From: an uncultured delta proteobacterium
GTDB taxonomy: Bacteria > Desulfobacterota > Syntrophia > Syntrophales > UBA5619
Assembly (NCBI GenBank): GCA_963817385.1
Contig: CAWFOM010000031.1
Span: 136,452 to 200,451 of the forward strand
Direction: 5' to 3'
DNA: 64,000 bases
Shown here: one piece after another, positions 60,247-64,000 of the stretch
Layout of the letters: every line of letters starts with the position of its first letter
Numbering within the stretch: the stretch's first letter is position 1
Made by a program: the position numbers and the translations under genes
Notes under the pieces: model-generated
Databases searched by the model: none
Told to the model about the DNA's origin: nothing
Seen by the model: the letters and a program-made list of their open reading frames with translations, nothing else

Positions 60247-61385
60247 TCAGCCGCCGCTTTTGATCACCATGGCCATCCCCTGACCGCCCTCGGCCGTGAC
60301 GGCCACCATCCCGGTCCCGACGCCCCGGCGGCGAAGTTCATGGACGGCTCTCGTCAGGAGCACCGCCCCCGCAGCGCCCCAGGGGTTCCCCACAGCTAGG
60401 GCGCCGCCCGAGGGATTGATCCGCTCGGCCAGCCACGCGGGTTCAATCCCCGGTGCCTGCCACTCCCTCATGATAGCCAGACACTCCGCTGCGGACATCT
60501 CATTGAGTTCGATGAGATCCATCTCCGGGAGCGTCAGACCGGCCCGCTCGATCGCCTGCAGGCCCGCCTTCGCCACGGCCATCGCCGCGTAGCGGGGGTC
60601 CACCGCCGCGACCCCGACGGAAATGATCTCCGCCAGGACGGGAAGCCCCAGCTCCGCAACCCTTTCCGGACTCGCCAGGAGGCACATGGCCGCGCCGTCC
60701 GCGGGAGGGGCCAGCAAGGCCGCCTTCTTCGGCAGTTCGTCCCGGTCGATCGACTCTTCCTTCTTCCCCTTCTTCACCGTCACGGGGAAGGCCTCTTCCC
60801 GGAACAGGCCCCGTTCCGCCGCCGCGCGGGCCTTCTGCAGGCTCGCCGCGGCGAACTCCTCCAGCTCGCCTTGCGTGAAACAGAACCGCTGGGCAAAGTG
60901 GTCCATCGCGCAGGCCGCGGTCAGGAGGCCATAGCGCCCCTCAGGCTGCGCCCCCGTCTCCTGGGCCGGTATGGCGTCGATGATCTCGCATCCCAAGGCA
61001 TAGCGGGAATTCCTAATTTCGAAGGGGATCTGGCTCATGCTCTCCGTACCGCCCGCCAGGACCACCCCGGCGTCGCCGCACCGGATGGCCCAGTAACCAT
61101 TGGCCGCCGCTTGCAGGCCGGAGGCGCTCTGCCGCTGCACCGTGTACGCCGGAATCTTTTCCGGCAGGCGCGCCAGGAGCATCGCATGCCTGCCGCCGTT
61201 GGAGGGCCGGCTCGTCTGCTTGGCGATCCCCACGATCACCTCATCGATCAGATCCGGCTCGATCCCCGCCCGCCGCACCGCCTCTAGCATGGCTGCCGCA
61301 GCCAACTGCTGTTCCGACAGCCCCTCCAGTTGTCCGCAAAAAGCCCCCAGCGGCGTCCGCGCGGCGCTCACCACCATCACCCGGT

Positions 61386-61389
<4 letters not shown>
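60247..61389 (-). CDS. thiolase-fold protein lacking catalytic Cys/His/Cys (pseudo-thiolase)
   Basis: ARTPLG and GGTESMS are kept, but it reads RQSASG (C>S), NEMS, GNPWG (H>N) and VTAEGG (C>T). Confidence 0.82.
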
Positions 61390-62618
<1,229 letters not shown>

Positions 62619-62724
62619 GATGCCCCCTTCCGAGTATGTTATAGGAATGGGAAAATACACCTCACCCCGCATCCCGTTCCCTCGCCTGTGGAGGGCAGGG
62701 TGGGGGTGTTCCACCGTACCGATT

Positions 62725-64000
62725 TCACAGGCCCCGGCATCCCGGACCGGAGATCCGGCTCTTCCCCCCCGTCCCGGGGATCACCTCTATCCGGGCGCCG
62801 ATCCGCTCCTTGAGCGCCGCGACGTGCGATATGACGCCGATGAGCTTGCCGTCCTGGCGCAGCCCCGCCAAGGTTTCCAAGGCCGTCTCCAGGGCGTCTT
62901 CGTCAAGGGTGCCGAATCCTTCATCGAGAAAAAGGGAATCGACCCGGACGTTCCGGCTGGCCATCTGGGAGAGGCCGAGCGCCAGGGCCAGGCTCACGAT
63001 AAAACTTTCACCGCCGGAAAGATTCTTGGTGGAGCGGATCTCTCCGGCCTGGTAGTTGTCGATGACGTTCAGCTCCAGGGGTTGCTCCTCGTCGCGGATG
63101 AGGAGATAGCGATCCGTCATCTCCCGCAGCCGGCGGTTGGCATGCCTGGTCATCATCTCGAACGTCAGCCCCTGGGCGAAGTTCCGGAATTTCTTCCCGT
63201 CCGCCGAACCGATGAGCTGGTGCAGACTCATCCCAGCGGGAGCATTCGTTCTTCTGAAGATCGATCGCCTTCAGGCGCTCCTGTTGGCTGCTCTTCTGTT
63301 GCTCATTGCCGGACAGAATTTGATGGATGCCGCCGATATCCAATCCCAGTTGTTTCAGTTCGGTTTCACCGGCGCTGACCTTTTCCGCCAGCGTCTCGGC
63401 GGACTGATCCGTTAATTTTTTCTCGCGTTCACTGGCGAGGATATCGGCCTTGTCTTTTCGAAGAGTTTCCAGTTCGGTTTTTTCCTTGAGCAGGTTTTGC
63501 TCCTTTACAGCGAGAAACTCCCTCTCGTCTTCGGTCAGGCGAGAGGAGAGGTAATCGGCCTCGTCGGCGAATCCCGCGCTTTGTATCCGCGCAAGCACGT
63601 GCTGTTCCGTCTGATCCAGTTCCGTCGTCCGTTGGGCTGTTTTTGCCTGCAGGGAACTGATTTTTTCTTTCAGCGTGCCGATCTCTTTTTCAATGAATCC
63701 ATAATCTTCGCGGGCCTTTTCCAGCTTTCCATTGGCCTGATCCACGACAGCGACAAGCCGTTTTTCCTCTTCATCGGCGCTCTTTTCTCCGAACAGTTCC
63801 CGGCGGGAAGCTCCCAGGGATTCATGATCCCCTTTCAGACTGTCACAATCTTTGCGCCGCGACGCCAGGTCTTCTTCCAGTTTGCCCAGCAAGGCCTGCT
63901 TCGTTTCAATCGCGGCCTTCAGCTCACCGACCTTCTTCTCCAGGGCGGTTTTTTCAGCCTCCTTTGCCTGCCAGGCCTCTTTGCGTTCGGTCAGATCTTT
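62725..64000 (-). CDS. sbcC: SbcC/Rad50-like SMC ATPase, 3' part, frameshifted near 63233
   Basis: Coiled coil followed by LSGGE, LFLDEGFG and VISH. Confidence 0.88.

Overview
GC-rich bacterial chromosomal window, most likely from an anaerobic deltaproteobacterium (Desulfobacterota, Syntrophales-like); this is inferred from gene content and synteny, not from a marker gene. In order it holds: a TAXI-TRAP transporter; a fatty-acid uptake/activation cluster (two acyl-CoA ligases, LIV-type ABC, acyl-CoA dehydrogenase); a visibly lower-GC accessory block at ~11.7-25.3 kb (TctBAC transporter, single-cysteine racemase-family protein, glyoxylate-reductase-like dehydrogenase, PAL-like beta-propeller lyase, M24 peptidase, PEP-CTERM protein, RHH-PilZ protein, patatin, diguanylate cyclase); a radical SAM gene, tRNA-Ala(CGC) and a deoxyhypusine-synthase-like gene; the core xseAB-ispA-dxs-tlyA-ispH(+UbiA) and tmk-holB-ricT-metG clusters; a 7TM-DISM diguanylate cyclase and an atypical ClpX; a hydroxy-acid region (split UxaA/SuyAB, panB, LarA fragment, TRAP, intact LarA, ilvD) interrupted by Mn and Co/Ni exporters with a yybP-ykoY riboswitch; fbp/fba; hbd with an active and a catalytically dead thiolase; and the 3' part of sbcC. 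At least eight genes, including dxs, carry single-base frameshifts, which points to long-read indel errors. The best candidates for undescribed systems are (1) the RHH-PilZ regulator with shared TGT-N2/3-ACA boxes at its own and the PEP-CTERM promoter, (2) the translationally coupled thiolase/pseudo-thiolase pair, and (3) the TTT/racemase/PAL/glyoxylate-reductase catabolic cluster. No CRISPR array, rRNA, integrase or transposase was seen. All calls come from motif recognition by eye; no database searches were run.
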